From Pelomyxa schiedti (taxonomy: Eukaryota > Protista > Evosea): a stretch of DNA of 64,000 bases. The stretch is from contig JAHLWZ010000830.1 of NCBI GenBank assembly GCA_020536535.1, positions 30,854 through 94,853 of the forward strand. The letters run 5' to 3'. The notes beneath the pieces were generated by a model that was given only the letters and a program-made list of their open reading frames with translations, ran no database searches and had not been told where the DNA came from. Positions 25,309-37,691 of this stretch are shown here, in pieces. Positions within the stretch are counted from its first letter, which is position 1. Each line of letters starts with the position of its first letter. The translations under genes and the position numbers were made by a program.

Positions 25309-27200
25309 TTAGTCATCGTCCTACAACAAACAAGTGGTTTGTGGGGAAAAAATCGATGGGAACGGGTAACCTTTTCTTTATCAGCAGCATGAGAAGTCAA
25401 AACTGAAGTAGATTCAGTAACTGACCGCGTGAATTTCTTGAGTGCCTGCATCCAAATTGCTCTCTGAATGGCTACCCCAATATACCACACTGGTGCAATC
25501 AGCCAATAGCGAACCGGTGCACGGCACGGGCAGGTAATTCCGATGCTGCTCATTTGAACAAATTCCAAGTCCAGGCAGTTGGTAAAGCCGAATTCTGACA
25601 TGGAAAATGACTGGGGGTATTTTAAGAAAGAAAACGTTGGGAATTGCAACACACCCTGAAGCATTCAGCAGCGGCCTCCGCCGGAGTTGCCAATGCCGCA
25701 CTTTCATCAATTACACGGGACTCTGGGGGTTTTGTGTGCATTTCCATCTCGTATCCAGGTGTATCCATATTGGATGGGTAAAATATGTGTGTGGAAATTC
25801 CATGAGGAGATAGTTCCATGTAGAGTGTCTCGGCAAGTCCGCGCAATGCGAACTTTGAGGCACTGTAATGAGCATAACCGGTGGCCCTAGCACTGTTTAA
25901 GTAGAAAAATAAATTTAGAACGGTTGTACCCCATGAGGCCCAGGCCAGAAGAGACCAAAAGTATTTGACCGCTATGCTGAGCAAGCATAGATGGAACACA
26001 AGCTGAAACAGCATTAAACGTTCCGAGGAAGTTCAAGTCTAACTCTGCAGATGCCTGATTGCGGGAAATCCGGCTGAAGTATTCTGGATGTGCCAGGCCT
26101 GCACTGCAGACAACGACATCCACTGATCCAAATGATGTTTGAGCCTGAGTAACTGCGTGTGTAACCTTCATTTGTTAGATTGGATTCTTGGGGGCGATGT
26201 AATTACCTGTTCAGGTCGAGTTACATCACATACGAAAAATTGGCATTGGCCACCTATAGTAACTTGAGTTTCCAACCTCTACGATCTAGACTTACCTTCT
26301 CCTTCAATTTCCTTCTGAACTGTGGATAAATGTGATTCACTGCGAGAAACTATGGTTACTCTTGCGTGCTGACGGGCAAATAATTTTCCCAGTTCTTTTC
26401 CAAGTCCGGTACCACCACCAGTAATAAAAACGTGCCTAAAGAAAGTGAGCAAGTGTGCCAAAGAGATGGAAGGTACTTATTTCCATATGTGCGTCTTTTA
26501 CAGAATAAACTACGTAGGTCTTCCCAAGGATAGAAAAAGGCTAGTGCAATAGCGCCATAGAGTGTTGCAACTAGGTACGCCACAACCCAAAGTGGTACAA
26601 TCAGGTTTGCAATGCACATTGCCTGTGGTACTACAATTAGCATAAAAGAGACGTACACAATATTGAAAAAGTTGAAGGTGGGAGATTGTCAGTGAAGAAG
26701 GAAGTGAGTGTGAATTTTGTAGGAATTAAAAGATGAGCACCCGCGTAAGATAATACAGTCTCTTCATTAATAGTTTGTATCTATAAATATATATGTGGGT
26801 CTATATATTTTCGCGTATGGGATAGGATAGGCTAGAATAGAACAGAACATCGTGCCTGAATCACACCAGTGAAAGAATCCCAGGGCCACGCAGTGAGCAC
26901 CCATAAGCTCAACCCGCCCACCACCAACTGCCAGCAGCACATCGCCGTCCACCACACCGCGCTGGCCACGAACCCCACGGGGCCGCTGGCCCTCGCCCCA
27001 AGCGCCATCCCCACGACGTAGACCCCGGCGCACCCGATCTGCACCAGCGACGCGGCCCGCACCGCCGCCTCCGCCCCCGGCTCCAGCGAGCCCCCGGCCG
27101 CAGCCGCCGACACCAGCGCCGCGATCGGCAGCCCCGCGCCGACGCACGCGAACACCGCCACCATGGCCACGCACAGCGTCTTGGTCACGACTCCTCCCAT
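25309..27200 (-). CDS. KDSR: 3-ketodihydrosphingosine reductase (KDSR/TSC10-like SDR) with a multi-TM N-terminal extension
   Basis: HVFITGGGTGLGKELG, DVVVCSAG, LNFLG, YSASKFALRGLAETLYMEL, YPSNMDTPGYEMEMHTKP. Confidence 0.82.
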
Positions 27201-27376
27201 GAGTACGGGGTGATGGTTGTAGCACCGGGTTGATTTTTTGGTTTAGTGTGAGGCCGCAACGGTTGGTTTTTTTTAGGGGTGATGGGTGAATGAGAGCTGG
27301 AAGTATGTACGTTTGATGTATTCAGTGCCATCAAATACAAGTTGGGGGGTTGGTTGGAGAGTGAGGTGGGGGGCAA

Positions 27377-30330
27377 TTAGGAGTTGCTGGTGCTTGTTGT
27401 GCTGCCGCCTAGTTCGTTGACCTGGTGAACCCAGCATGATGCCTGCTTGAGTTTGGTGACCCACTCGGTCTTCTGTGCGGGTGAGGAGCATGCTACACAG
27501 AACCCTGTTGGCAAATGTTAGGTGTGAATTTGGGAGGATTCGACGCACGTTTGTTGTCTGTTTGAAGCTGAAATGTCAGCTCGGATTGCTCGTTCACACT
27601 GCTGTGAATTAAGCTTGCACTATCAACAAATTTATACACGTCGTGTCCTCCTTAGTCACTTGTTGAGATATATTCAAGGAAGGAAAAGGGGGCTCACCGG
27701 TTTTGTTAAATATGAAGCTTTTTTTTGACACGGGGTGTGTTTCCACAATTATGTCGTTAAACAGAAAGAGATACCGCGGAATGAGCCCTTTCTCTTTCTT
27801 GAGCATTACAGCTCCCTGATTTGGGGGAAACATCAGTCTTTCCAAAAGCAAAGAAGGAATTAGGTGGCACCTGATGAAGAAAACGGCGTTGTGGTTGCAC
27901 AAGTGGCTTATCTGGTGCAACGGGATCCTTTCTTTTTTTAAGAAGAAATCATATTCAAGTGCACTGAATACCACGAATTTCCCTACTATCAGTTCTTCTA
28001 TATCTCTGACTTTCAGCATGGCTTCAGCATCTCTCTTCTGCACAAATGTTATCCTGGCGCTTTTTCACGGTTACAAAAGTGGAACCTTTTCATTGATGTG
28101 TGATGCCACACTTTTCATTTGCTCATAGCTTTCCGTGAGTTGTTGGTAATCCGACTGAGATTTATCAGCGTACTTGACGAGTTGTTCCAGGAGCATCACA
28201 TACCTTCAAAAACAGGTGAAACAGAAGTTAATTTTTAACTTGCTACCTCGGTATGCGCTGTACAGGAAGAATTAAAAACGAAAAGATATCCATCCCCGCC
28301 GTTTGTTGTTGTTTCTGCAAATGTTTATGCTTGGAAGAATTAAATTCAACTACTTGCAGCCAAGAGGCAAATTCTGGATTTTGTGAAAGGAGACCCATAG
28401 TGGTGCAGGCTCTTTCATAAGTGGAGACCCAAAGCGTATAAACCTTCAAGAAGGCGCACTGAAAAAAGGAAGGTAAGAATAAGTGGATTGGACTTGAGAC
28501 TTACAATCCCCATGAACACTGGACCAAGAGCAGGTGCTGTAGGACATTTAGCTACTGCTGAATTCAGTTGAGCCAAGAAAATCGTGTTGTAATTTTTGAT
28601 AATTTCGATTGTGGAAAATGTTTTGTAACAGTTAAGGGTGTTTCTTGGAAAAAAGGGGGAGAAAGGAAAGGATATGCTATGTGTCTCTTCAGGGCACATT
28701 GATTCTGGGAGAGACTTCATGGGTTTCAAAAAGACATTTAGAAGCACTTCCAAATTTTTCAAGTAAATGGTTTCTGTGTGGTACTGTTGGATTTTGAATT
28801 TCAAGTCTGGACAAACAGTGCTTCTACCAGTAGAAAGAAGTTCTTCGAACGCAGCCTCTTGACGAGATTTCCTCTTCCCTTCGTCAACTAATAAGTTAAC
28901 ATCTGGTTCTAGAAGAAGTGTTAGTTTTTTTTTTTTTTGGTGAAAAGTTATACCCTCAATCAGTGGTTCAGGTTCATCTTCAGCATCTGGTGCACATTTA
29001 GGCTCTGACTGGTCAGTTGTACGAGATCTTGAGGGCATCGGTTTTGGTGTGAAAACGTGTTTTGAAGTTGATTCATGCAATGGAGGTGGAGGTGTTAGTG
29101 CCGACCTGGAACTGGATCGGGAAGGTGGCACAGATGCTGTACGGGGCTTCCTTCTTGGCGCTGAAGCAGGGGGTATTTGTGCAGATAGTTGAGAACTAAT
29201 TAGGGGGTTTTGTGCTAAAGATTGTGATTTCCTTAGGATACTTCCTAGTCGAACCTTTTTTTTTTGTTTTTATTAATATCTTTTTGGGTATTTCGGGAAG
29301 TTTACATTGAAATTACTGGCAGTCTCGAGAGGAAGTGCTGAAAGCAAGTCTGTAACAAGTGTCACCAGTTCGCTAACAACAAGATCTCGCTCTTTGTCTT
29401 TCGTTTTAAGCGCTTGCATTTGTTGTTTATAGTTCCTTTTTTCCCAGAGTGAGATTCACTAGAATCAAAGTGAAAGATAGAGGCGTACTCGAAGGCAGGA
29501 GAACAATTGCTACAGACCACTGGTGTGTCAGAGGTAGCGGAAGTGGGCAGGTCAGATGGTTTCAAACCAAGACCACCACCAAATATACTTAAACAAGCAT
29601 TCAGCGCCATATCAAAACTCAAGTCCAAGGTCTCCAGTTTCTCGTGTTTTTTTGCCTTTTTATCAGGTTGGCCTGGAGTGGTTGATTCGTGATGTGTCGA
29701 TTGGGGTGTTGGAGGTTGTTCTATTGCTTTGTCTTGAGCAGCAGTGCTGTGCACTGGTGGAGCATAGAAATCTTTCAGATCCAGTATTGTAGGTGTTCCT
29801 GAAGTAGGATTGATACCAGTGGGTGACAATGCACCGCCAATTTCGCTGAGTCTTGCTCTACTGTGATGTGACGATCTATATGCCACAGTGTGACATTCCC
29901 TCGCGTGTGAAGTTGATTGTGTTTGCGTTTGTGTCTGAGGTGCCTGTGTTGGTGACTGCGTGTCCGCGGGATTATTGACATTGGTGTGTGTGGTACTGCT
30001 ACTCCTGTGATGGTGGTGGTGCTGGTGCTCCTTTTTCGGCGTCGACGTTCGCGTCGGCGTACTTTCCAGGCTCTGCTGGCCCGGAGAGTCCCTGCGAAGC
30101 GCCGCGGAAGGTGATGGCGAGGGAGTCTGCGACGGCGACTGCGACGGAGAGGAAGAGGACGCCCCAGTTGCGGGCGTGGCAAACGAAAGTGGGCTCCACG
30201 ACTTTCGCCTCCCGCGCTTGACGGCTGTGTCATCGTCCTTCTCGTGTAGTGTCGAGTTGGCCACAGGAGATCTGCCTGTGGTGTGGGTGGTTGTCGCTGT
30301 TGTCGCAGTTCCGCTGCTGTCGTCTCCCAT
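27377..30330 (-). CDS. DH-PH Rho guanine-nucleotide exchange factor with long S/T/P-rich N-terminus
   Basis: RQEAAFEELLST|ETIYLKNL, FLKVYTLW, SFLILPVQRIPR|YVMLLEQL, ASHINE (DH); RYLFLFNDII, CSSPAQKTEWVTKL (PH). Confidence 0.9.
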
Positions 30331-30726
30331 GGCTGCGCCCACACGTGAAACCAACAAAGTTTCAGTTCTTTCCTTTCAGATCGTGGGTTCCCTTCTTTCG
30401 TGGAAAAACCTGAAACTGTTTCAGATTCGAGTGCAACACAAACAAAACCATCAAAAACGGTTTGGAAAAAAACGTCGATATGCATGACAACACTAAGTTT
30501 ATGTCTCCATGTGCGCGGTAGGTCTCTTGTTACTCTCATTCTTTCAGTTCTCTCTAGTGGGCGTCCTCGTTCTTTTGGTTGCAACAGTGGGTGTGTTCTA
30601 TTCTAAAGTCTCCCTGCCCCACACGGCCATTCATTGAATGAACAAAACACTTATTATGTTATGAACACCAAATTGAAATGAACTCCCAAAAAAATCATAA
30701 GCACATGTATTTTGTTTTATTTCTGT

Positions 30727-30873
30727 ATTCCAGCCAAGTTAGAGAACCCTAAGGGAGAAAAAAAGAAAAAATGAGTTACTGTGTTAAGGTGCATGAAGGA
30801 AAAAATTAGGGAATATAAGAGCCCCTTTCAATTCCCTATATCAATAATAATAATTTTCAGCTTAATTGAATCG
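30727..30873 (+). repeat. ~140-bp dispersed repeat, copy 1
   Basis: attccagccaagttagagaaccctaagggag...caattccctatatcaataataataattttcagcttaattgaatcg matches 36336-36473. Confidence 0.93.
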
Positions 30874-30880
30874 GTATCTA

Positions 30881-33390
30881 CTACTGGTTCTTGTGTGGTG
30901 TGATTGATGATGCTAATGGTGTGAATGTGGGTGCAGAGTCCTCAGGGTTATCTAGCCCCACTATTGTTTGCTTTTTCTTCTGCTGTACTGGGTGTGGATG
31001 TTGCTTTTTGTATTCTTGCCATCTTTGGAGCACCGGCTTCCTCCAGTGGGTTCGACCTGGACAACTTTTTTTTTTGTGCCAAAGGGGTCAGGGTATCGGA
31101 GCCCCTTTTTCGTGCCGGCTGTGTTTGGTGTGAATGAATTAATGAAATTAGAGTTGGCGGGAGAAGTGGAAAACTGGGGGAGTATTTTTACAAACCGGCA
31201 GGGAGGAGTTCTGTTGCGGCATGGAAGTGATAAGGAATTTCGATTTTGGCAGAACCGGGGCTGCTCCTGGTGCCTTCGACTGCTCCGGGAGTGGTGGTGC
31301 CAGCGATGACAATACTTCATTTGTTGGTAAAGGGTTCGTGGGTAATGGTGATGAGAGACACCTTGGTGGAGGTTGCGTTTTGAGAGGTGTGAGGAGTGTA
31401 GGTACTCGGTGAAGCTTGGTGTTTTCACTTCTTCAGATGGCTCTTGCTTGGTTGTGCCAACTTTCCTTCCTGGGCCACTTTAGCAGTAGGTTGAAGCATT
31501 ACACCTTGGATACCCAGCGATATGATGGTTCATCTCAGACCAGATCCTCAGATTCATGTGTGTCATCTCTGGAGGCCTTTGGAACAACCCAAACGAGGGG
31601 ATAGATATCAAACCCTTTTTTCTTTTGTTAAAGGTGAAGATTGTAGTTTTCTTTTAGAGGTCTCGGCCTCTTTTGATGGCGTACGAGAATGAAGCAGTGT
31701 CCCTGGTTGAGAGGTTGTCAGAACTTGGGTAGGTTCTCTTTGTTCTGCCTTCTGTATTTAGGTCGTGGCAGGAATGTCCGAAAGGGAAATCCTTTATTAA
31801 CCCTTAAGCCATTTCACAATATTCACTGCCACAGTGAAATGAGCGATTTGGGCTACAGGGTTCTCAAGACACATTTGACCCACAGTTTGATTTCTCTCCA
31901 CAGCAAAAATAGAAATAAGCTATACTACAAGTCCCTAACTGACTGAGGGCGGCTCGCCATCAGACTCAGTCTCCTTTATAAACAGGGCCATCATCAGGGC
32001 ACGGTACAATATTCTCAATCTCAATGAGGTGGGTTTCTTCTGCTCTCTTATTTTTGCGGCGAACTACAAGCCACATGGTGGCACCAATTCCGCCAAATAC
32101 AATCACCAGTCCCGCGCAGATAATACACCATAATTCTATGCTGGGTTTACAGCCCTGAGAGGGAAGAATTGCAGTGTGTTATGGAATTGAGGAAAGTCGA
32201 TGTTGGTTGGAATACACACAGCACTTCCTTCAGAAGAGGTCACCATGTTTCCACATACTGAGCAACTAGTACACCCAGATGCACTTGAATAATTGCCTGG
32301 AGGGTGAAGCCCGTTGGAATTTGGTTAAAGATGAATGCATACCAGATGCACAAGCAGTACAGTCTACAGAACCATTCTTAGGTGAATAGTAACCGGGATT
32401 GCAATCAACACAGGAAGGGTACCTTGGGAACATTGTTAAAGGAAATTTGGGGGAAAGCTGCTGCTTACGTCACATCTGAATAAGTCCCAGGAGGACAAGC
32501 CTCACAGTAGAGATATCCTGTTTCTATCTCATTTGAATATATTCCCGCGTAGCAAGTAAAGCAACCGGCTTGTCCCTTGTATCTATGTCAATCATTTGTT
32601 ATTTGGCAAATATCGAATGTTGTTGGACTTACATGTCTGATGTTGCTAGCCAAGGAAACCACATAATTTGAGGTTGAACGAACATTGAGTCCTATTCGCA
32701 TGCGGAATGGTAACTTTGAAAATGAACTGTGCACTGTGAAAGCAGTTGCATCTGACAGAGGCCTCCTACAAAAGCTTCTCAATGAAAACATATTGTAAAA
32801 TCCTTGGTATTTGTGAGAAGTGAGGGGCATTTATTACCGTTTAAGATTTTTCACAGCTTCGGAAGTTCAGTGATTCCAAACATGAGCCGCCAAATATAAT
32901 ACGTCCGCTCAGTTTGAAGAATTTGACTTCAATCATCTGGCACTCTTTTTCATCATAAGTGAGTTCCGATGCCGATCAACTTTACAACCTGTATATCAAT
33001 TAGCACTTCCGTTATAGATGAGCCTGAACAAAACACATCCTGCCTGCTGCTCCTTATGTTGGGCAGGCACTTTGCGTAGTCCAAACCGGCCTGGTACCCC
33101 CACGTAGTAGCGACACCAGCGGATGTAGCTGAGCGGCACCACACAAGAGCCAGACGGCAACAGGCGAACTGTTGGTACCAAAGGGCCTGCTGTGCTTGAC
33201 GTATATACGTACGAGGGGGGAGACGTCGCGGCGGTGCTGGTTGTGGTCGTGGTCGTGGTCGTCGACGCCGTCGTGCCGCGGTACCGGTGTGCGCGGGGGC
33301 GGGGGTCGGACCCCGAGCGGCGGGCCGAGCGGTGCGCGCCGTCCTGTGTTTGCCTTGTCTACAGGACGCTTCACGCTTTGTTGTTCCACT
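30881..33390 (-). CDS. Single-pass membrane protein with Cys-rich (GCC2/3, ephrin-receptor-like) repeats and Pro/Ser-rich tail
   Basis: Spliced exons CFTCYAGIYS..CEACPPGTYSD, CVDCNPGYYSPKNGSVDCTAC, CTSCSVC; TM LWCIICAGLVIVFGGIGATMWLVV followed by RRKNKR. 5' end uncertain. Confidence 0.6.
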
Positions 33391-33580
33391 TCTTTTGTTA
33401 GTAGATGTGATCAACCGGCAGACCTTAAATAAGACACGGTTCCCTGACAAGTCTGTCTTTGGATCATTGACTTCTTTTTTTTTTTGTCTAGAGACAAAAA
33501 AAAAAACCTGCCTCATCAACCAAGCCAACAAGACCACACAACAACAAACCGAGATCCAGAAGGCAAAAGAGAGGAGACAA

Positions 33581-36202
33581 ATGGCAACACGGACTACTGA
33601 GGAGGAGAAGGAATGCGCATCGGCCGTATCTGCAGCGTCAACGTCGACGTCCGCAGCAGCACCTGATCCACAAGTCCCGACGACTACCGCGCCTGCGTTG
33701 TCGTCTTCTTCTTCTTCGTCGTCGTCTGCGTGGCAGTGTGGAGGAATGGCACTGTCGAGATCGTACCCAACGCGGCCAGGCGACGAGTGACACCGTCCGT
33801 GGTGGCCTTCACCGACGAAGAAGTGCTCGTCGTCGACGCTGCACTTGCCCAGATTAACAGCAACCCACAGGACACTTTTCGACATGAAGCGCCTTATGGG
33901 CCAAAAGTACGAGGACCTGGCTAAGGGCGACGTTGCCCACTGGCTCTTCGGAGTCAAACATTCACCGAAGAATGTGGCGGTGGTGGAAGTGCACAGGAAA
34001 AACATGGCCAGGGACCACCTGCCCGAGTTTATATCAGGGTTGCTCCTGGCCGAACTGAGGAGAGATGCGGAAAAATTCCTTGGCCAGCCAGTTAGAGACG
34101 TGGTAATAACATACGTGTAATTCTTGCCTCTTCTTTGTTACTTAGTTATTTTTATTTTCATTTTTAACTTGCGTGTACTTCTTGTGAAATGGATGTTGAC
34201 TACAAAAAACAATATCTCACAACAGTCAAAAAGGGTCCCAGCTTATTTTTCTGAAGTTCAAAGGGAAGCCACTCGGAACGCAGCGGTTATTGCCGGCCTC
34301 AACCCACAGCGACTTATAAAACTGCCGCGGCACTGGGTTATAGCATCGATCCGAAGCAGAAAAAGGGCAACTTGCTTGTTTTTGATCTTGGAGGGGGAAC
34401 CTTCGACGTAAGTGTTGTGGAGTCAACAGAGGAGGGAACTCTTTTTGTCAATGCCACGTGCAGCAACTCTCACCTCGGTGGCCAAGATTTCACCAGAAGA
34501 ATTGTGGATTTTCTCTTGAAGGACATCCTCCAACGATTTGGCAAAGACCTCACGAATGACTACAGAGCTCGTGGCTTGCTACACGCTGCTTGTGAGCGTG
34601 CCAAAGTTTTGTTATCCTCTGAGGACCAGACTTGCATTGAAATTTTCGAAATGTTTGAAGGCACCCCTTCTTACACAAGGCTCTTAACAAGGGGGGAGTT
34701 TGAGGACCTCAACATGAACCTGTTCATTTCCACCTTGCACCCCATTGATGTTGCTTTGAAGTATGCTAAGCTTACCATGGATGAGGCCCTGGGAGATGAT
34801 GTCAAATAGTTGAATTTCATCAAGGGTATGATCTCTGGATCCGGTAAGGATGGCAGCCTGTATCACCACACCACGAGCCAAACCCAGACGAGGCCGTGGC
34901 TCACGGTGCGGCGATACAGGCTGCCATCCTTACCAGATCCAGAGATCATACCCTTGATGAAATTCAACTATTTGACGTAGTCTCCCAGGGCCTCGGCTAT
35001 GTGCTGCAGGGAGGGGAAGTGGAATATGTAATCGAACCATGCACAAGTACGCCATGCGATGGACACAGCCAAGCAACTGCTCCAACAAGGTACGGTGGAG
35101 ATATCATATTCAATGTGGTCAAGGGGCACAGGAAAATAGTGAATCAATGTGCTCATCTTGGAGAGTTTATTCTTAGAGTAGGACCCAATCAACCCATCAT
35201 CAACGTAACTTTCGCAGTTGACCACAGTGGATTGCTAGAAGTGAGTGCTGAATGCAAGGGGGAGAAGGGGACAGTGAGCAACAAAATAAGAGTGGACAAG
35301 CCAGTAACCGGTCTCACACGAGAGCAAGTGGACGTGTTGCAGCGGGAGGCACAAGAGATGGTGGCACTGGACAGCACAAACCTTCGCTTGCAACAAGCCG
35401 CCCGGGTAGTGCTTGAGGAGCATGTCAGGACACTCCAGGAGATTACTTTGAGGAACCTTGTGCATGACGAAGTTTCCAAAGCCAAAGTATGTTGGCTCTT
35501 TTTTTAACTTTTACACTAACCTCTATCACTAGATCAAGGGACTCTGCGACAAAACTCTCTCCTGGATCAGCAGAAATCAGAGCGCCACAACGGAAGCCTA
35601 TGAAGACAAACTAGAGGTCATGAACTCAAAGGAGGAGAGTATCCGCCTTCATGCAAGGTCTCGGGTGCTTGAGTACATCACAGATATACGACGGAATCTG
35701 AGGGAATCCACCGACCAGGCATGCTACTACACCTTGTGTGACTGTTTTGTCCTCTCCCTTGCTCCGCTTCTTTCGTTTTGTTTTCTGGCTCTTTGGCACT
35801 AACCACTAACCACTAACCACAAACATCACAGTTCCGCATTTGCAATGAGATTGAAGACTGGATCGGCAGCCACCCTAATGCTACAATACTAGAGTACGAA
35901 GCCACGTCCAATGCCAGTGCGAGTGCCGGTGCCAGTGCCGGTCCCAATGCCAATTGGGCCACCACCGCAACTATGCCACCCGTGCAGGTGCAGATGACCG
36001 ACGAAGCTGCACCCCCCTATTCCTCGTCTTCAGACGCCGCAGCATCCTCAACAACAACATCTACAACTCCCACTACCAGGTCGTCTTCCCCAACAACAAA
36101 CGCAACAACAACAGCAGCAACAGGCGGCAGCAACAAGGAGTGATTGGTTGCCCACCATTTAAAAAAAAAACCCATCCCATGAGTTCCCAAGCCCATTTTT
36201 AA
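33581..36202 (+). pseudogene. Hsp70 pseudogene (frameshifts, deletions, internal inversion)
   Basis: CVAVWRNGTVEIVPN..TPSVVAFTD, FDMKRLMG, VPAYF, TAAALGY, VFDLGGGTFDVS, HLGGQDF, NPDEAVAHGAAIQAAIL. GIDLGTT is missing, frameshifts occur at ~33880 and ~34320, and there is a stop at ~34808. Confidence 0.88.
34783..34994. repeat. Inverted repeat: 98-bp arms (34783-34880 / 34897-34994) with 16-nt spacer
   Basis: The reverse complement of arm 1 matches arm 2 with about 8 mismatches. Confidence 0.95.
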
Positions 36203-36335
36203 GACTTTAAAAAAAGAAGACCCAACTTGGATAAGTTGTTCATTTATTTTTTTACGTTACAGAAAACAGAGTCCAGGACGGCCTCTGTTGTTGGTTTTGC
36301 TGTGTTGTTTTGTTGGACTTGTGGTCTGTGTGGTG

Positions 36336-36473
36336 ATTCCAGCCAAGTTAGGGAACCCTAAGGGAGAAAAAATGAGTTACTGTGTTAAGGTGCATGAAGG
36401 AAAAATTATGGAATGTAGGAGCCCATTTCAATTCCCTATATCAACAATAATAATTTTCAGCTTCATTGAATCG
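36336..36473 (+). repeat. ~140-bp dispersed repeat, copy 2
   Basis: Matches 30727-30873 with a few substitutions and indels. Confidence 0.93.
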
Positions 36474-37483
36474 TTTGGGTACCTCCTCATTTCAATTGGA
36501 TGGATTCCCAGAAACATTGTCCGATCTGATTCGTGATGATGATGCGCTTTCACCAGATGAGGTCTCTGTAGCTGGTGTGAGGGGATTGTGAGGCTGTTGC
36601 AGTCCGAGGTAACGATATGTTGGGGAGATTGTTGGATGGTTGCTGCTGTTGTGAGGTTGGTGGTTGTGTGGGAAGACACGGGGTGAGAGAGTGGATGTGA
36701 GCTTGCTTTTTGCGTTGTGGTTTTCCTCTGCTGTTGTTGCTTCTGTTCCTGTGTGAGTTCAGTTACACGCCATGGATGGAAGGGGACTTCTGTTTTGTAG
36801 ATAACAGTAGGGAGCACAAGTTGACCTTGTAGCGCCTAAAGGAGTGTTATTTACAGAAGTATTTGCATTGGTTAAGATAACCGAGGATGGAGACGGTCGA
36901 TCATATTCTAGTGGGAGATTCCGTATCACCATAAATCTGCACTCGTTGTATTCTTCAAGGCAGTATGCAAATAGATCTTCATCAAAAATCACTCCTACTT
37001 CTTTACACGCTTCCTTACAGCTAGAATTCCAGAAATAATTTCCTGCCCAAGAGCGTGAAAATAGATCGGAGCTATAGATTCGACACAAGTCACCATATGA
37101 ATAAGCAGGGAACTCTAGAGTCAGCAAAGCCACGGAGAGTCTACTTATATGCTTTCTTGACTCCAGCAAAAAATGTTCGTAATCAATTCAGTTGTGGTGT
37201 TCTGGCATGACTCGAGGTCGTAGTTGCTTGTAAGAAAACTCTAAGAAGAGGAGCCTCCTTCAAACCATTAGATACGATGGTACACATGACATTATTTGAA
37301 TCAGAAAGGACTCATCCAATCCACATGCACAGTAGTTTTAACTTGAGAGTCAGGAAAACCCTGTGGCTGCAGCACCGCGGCCAAGAGTACGGCACGGCAC
37401 CTCCCATAAGTATTGCATACAAGTCTCGGATACGTGGCACCATCTGGGCAATTGTCTCGTTGTGAATTGCGCAGCGTGGACAA
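36428..37483 (-). CDS. Hypothetical multi-exon protein
   Basis: Coding-like exons (SFLTSNYDLESC..FPAYSYGDLCRIYSSDLFSRSWAGNYFW..) separated by GT-AG introns. No family recognised. Confidence 0.4.
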
Positions 37484-37691
37484 GCGGTCCCCTGGGCGCC
37501 TTTCGGTTGTCCTGCTGTTTGTCTTTTTTTATGCTTTCAGCGAAACTTCGAAAAAACCGTTTTTTCAAAAGCCGTGATGGGACAGCATTCCCCTGCGTTG
37601 GGCATTCTTAAGTGACCATCGACAGCGACCATAAAAATCATAAAAATAAAGACCACCAAAGGATATTACTGCGTGAGATAAGACTGTTGAA

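Noticed and set aside
31940-32010. Apparent in-frame TGA codons (selenocysteine or readthrough) in the Cys-rich TM gene
   Set aside because: Resolved by a short GT-AG intron that shifts the frame (ETESDGEPPS); no recoding is needed.
35797-35824. Telomere-like repeat
   Set aside because: Only three to four CACTAAC units, located at an intron branch site.
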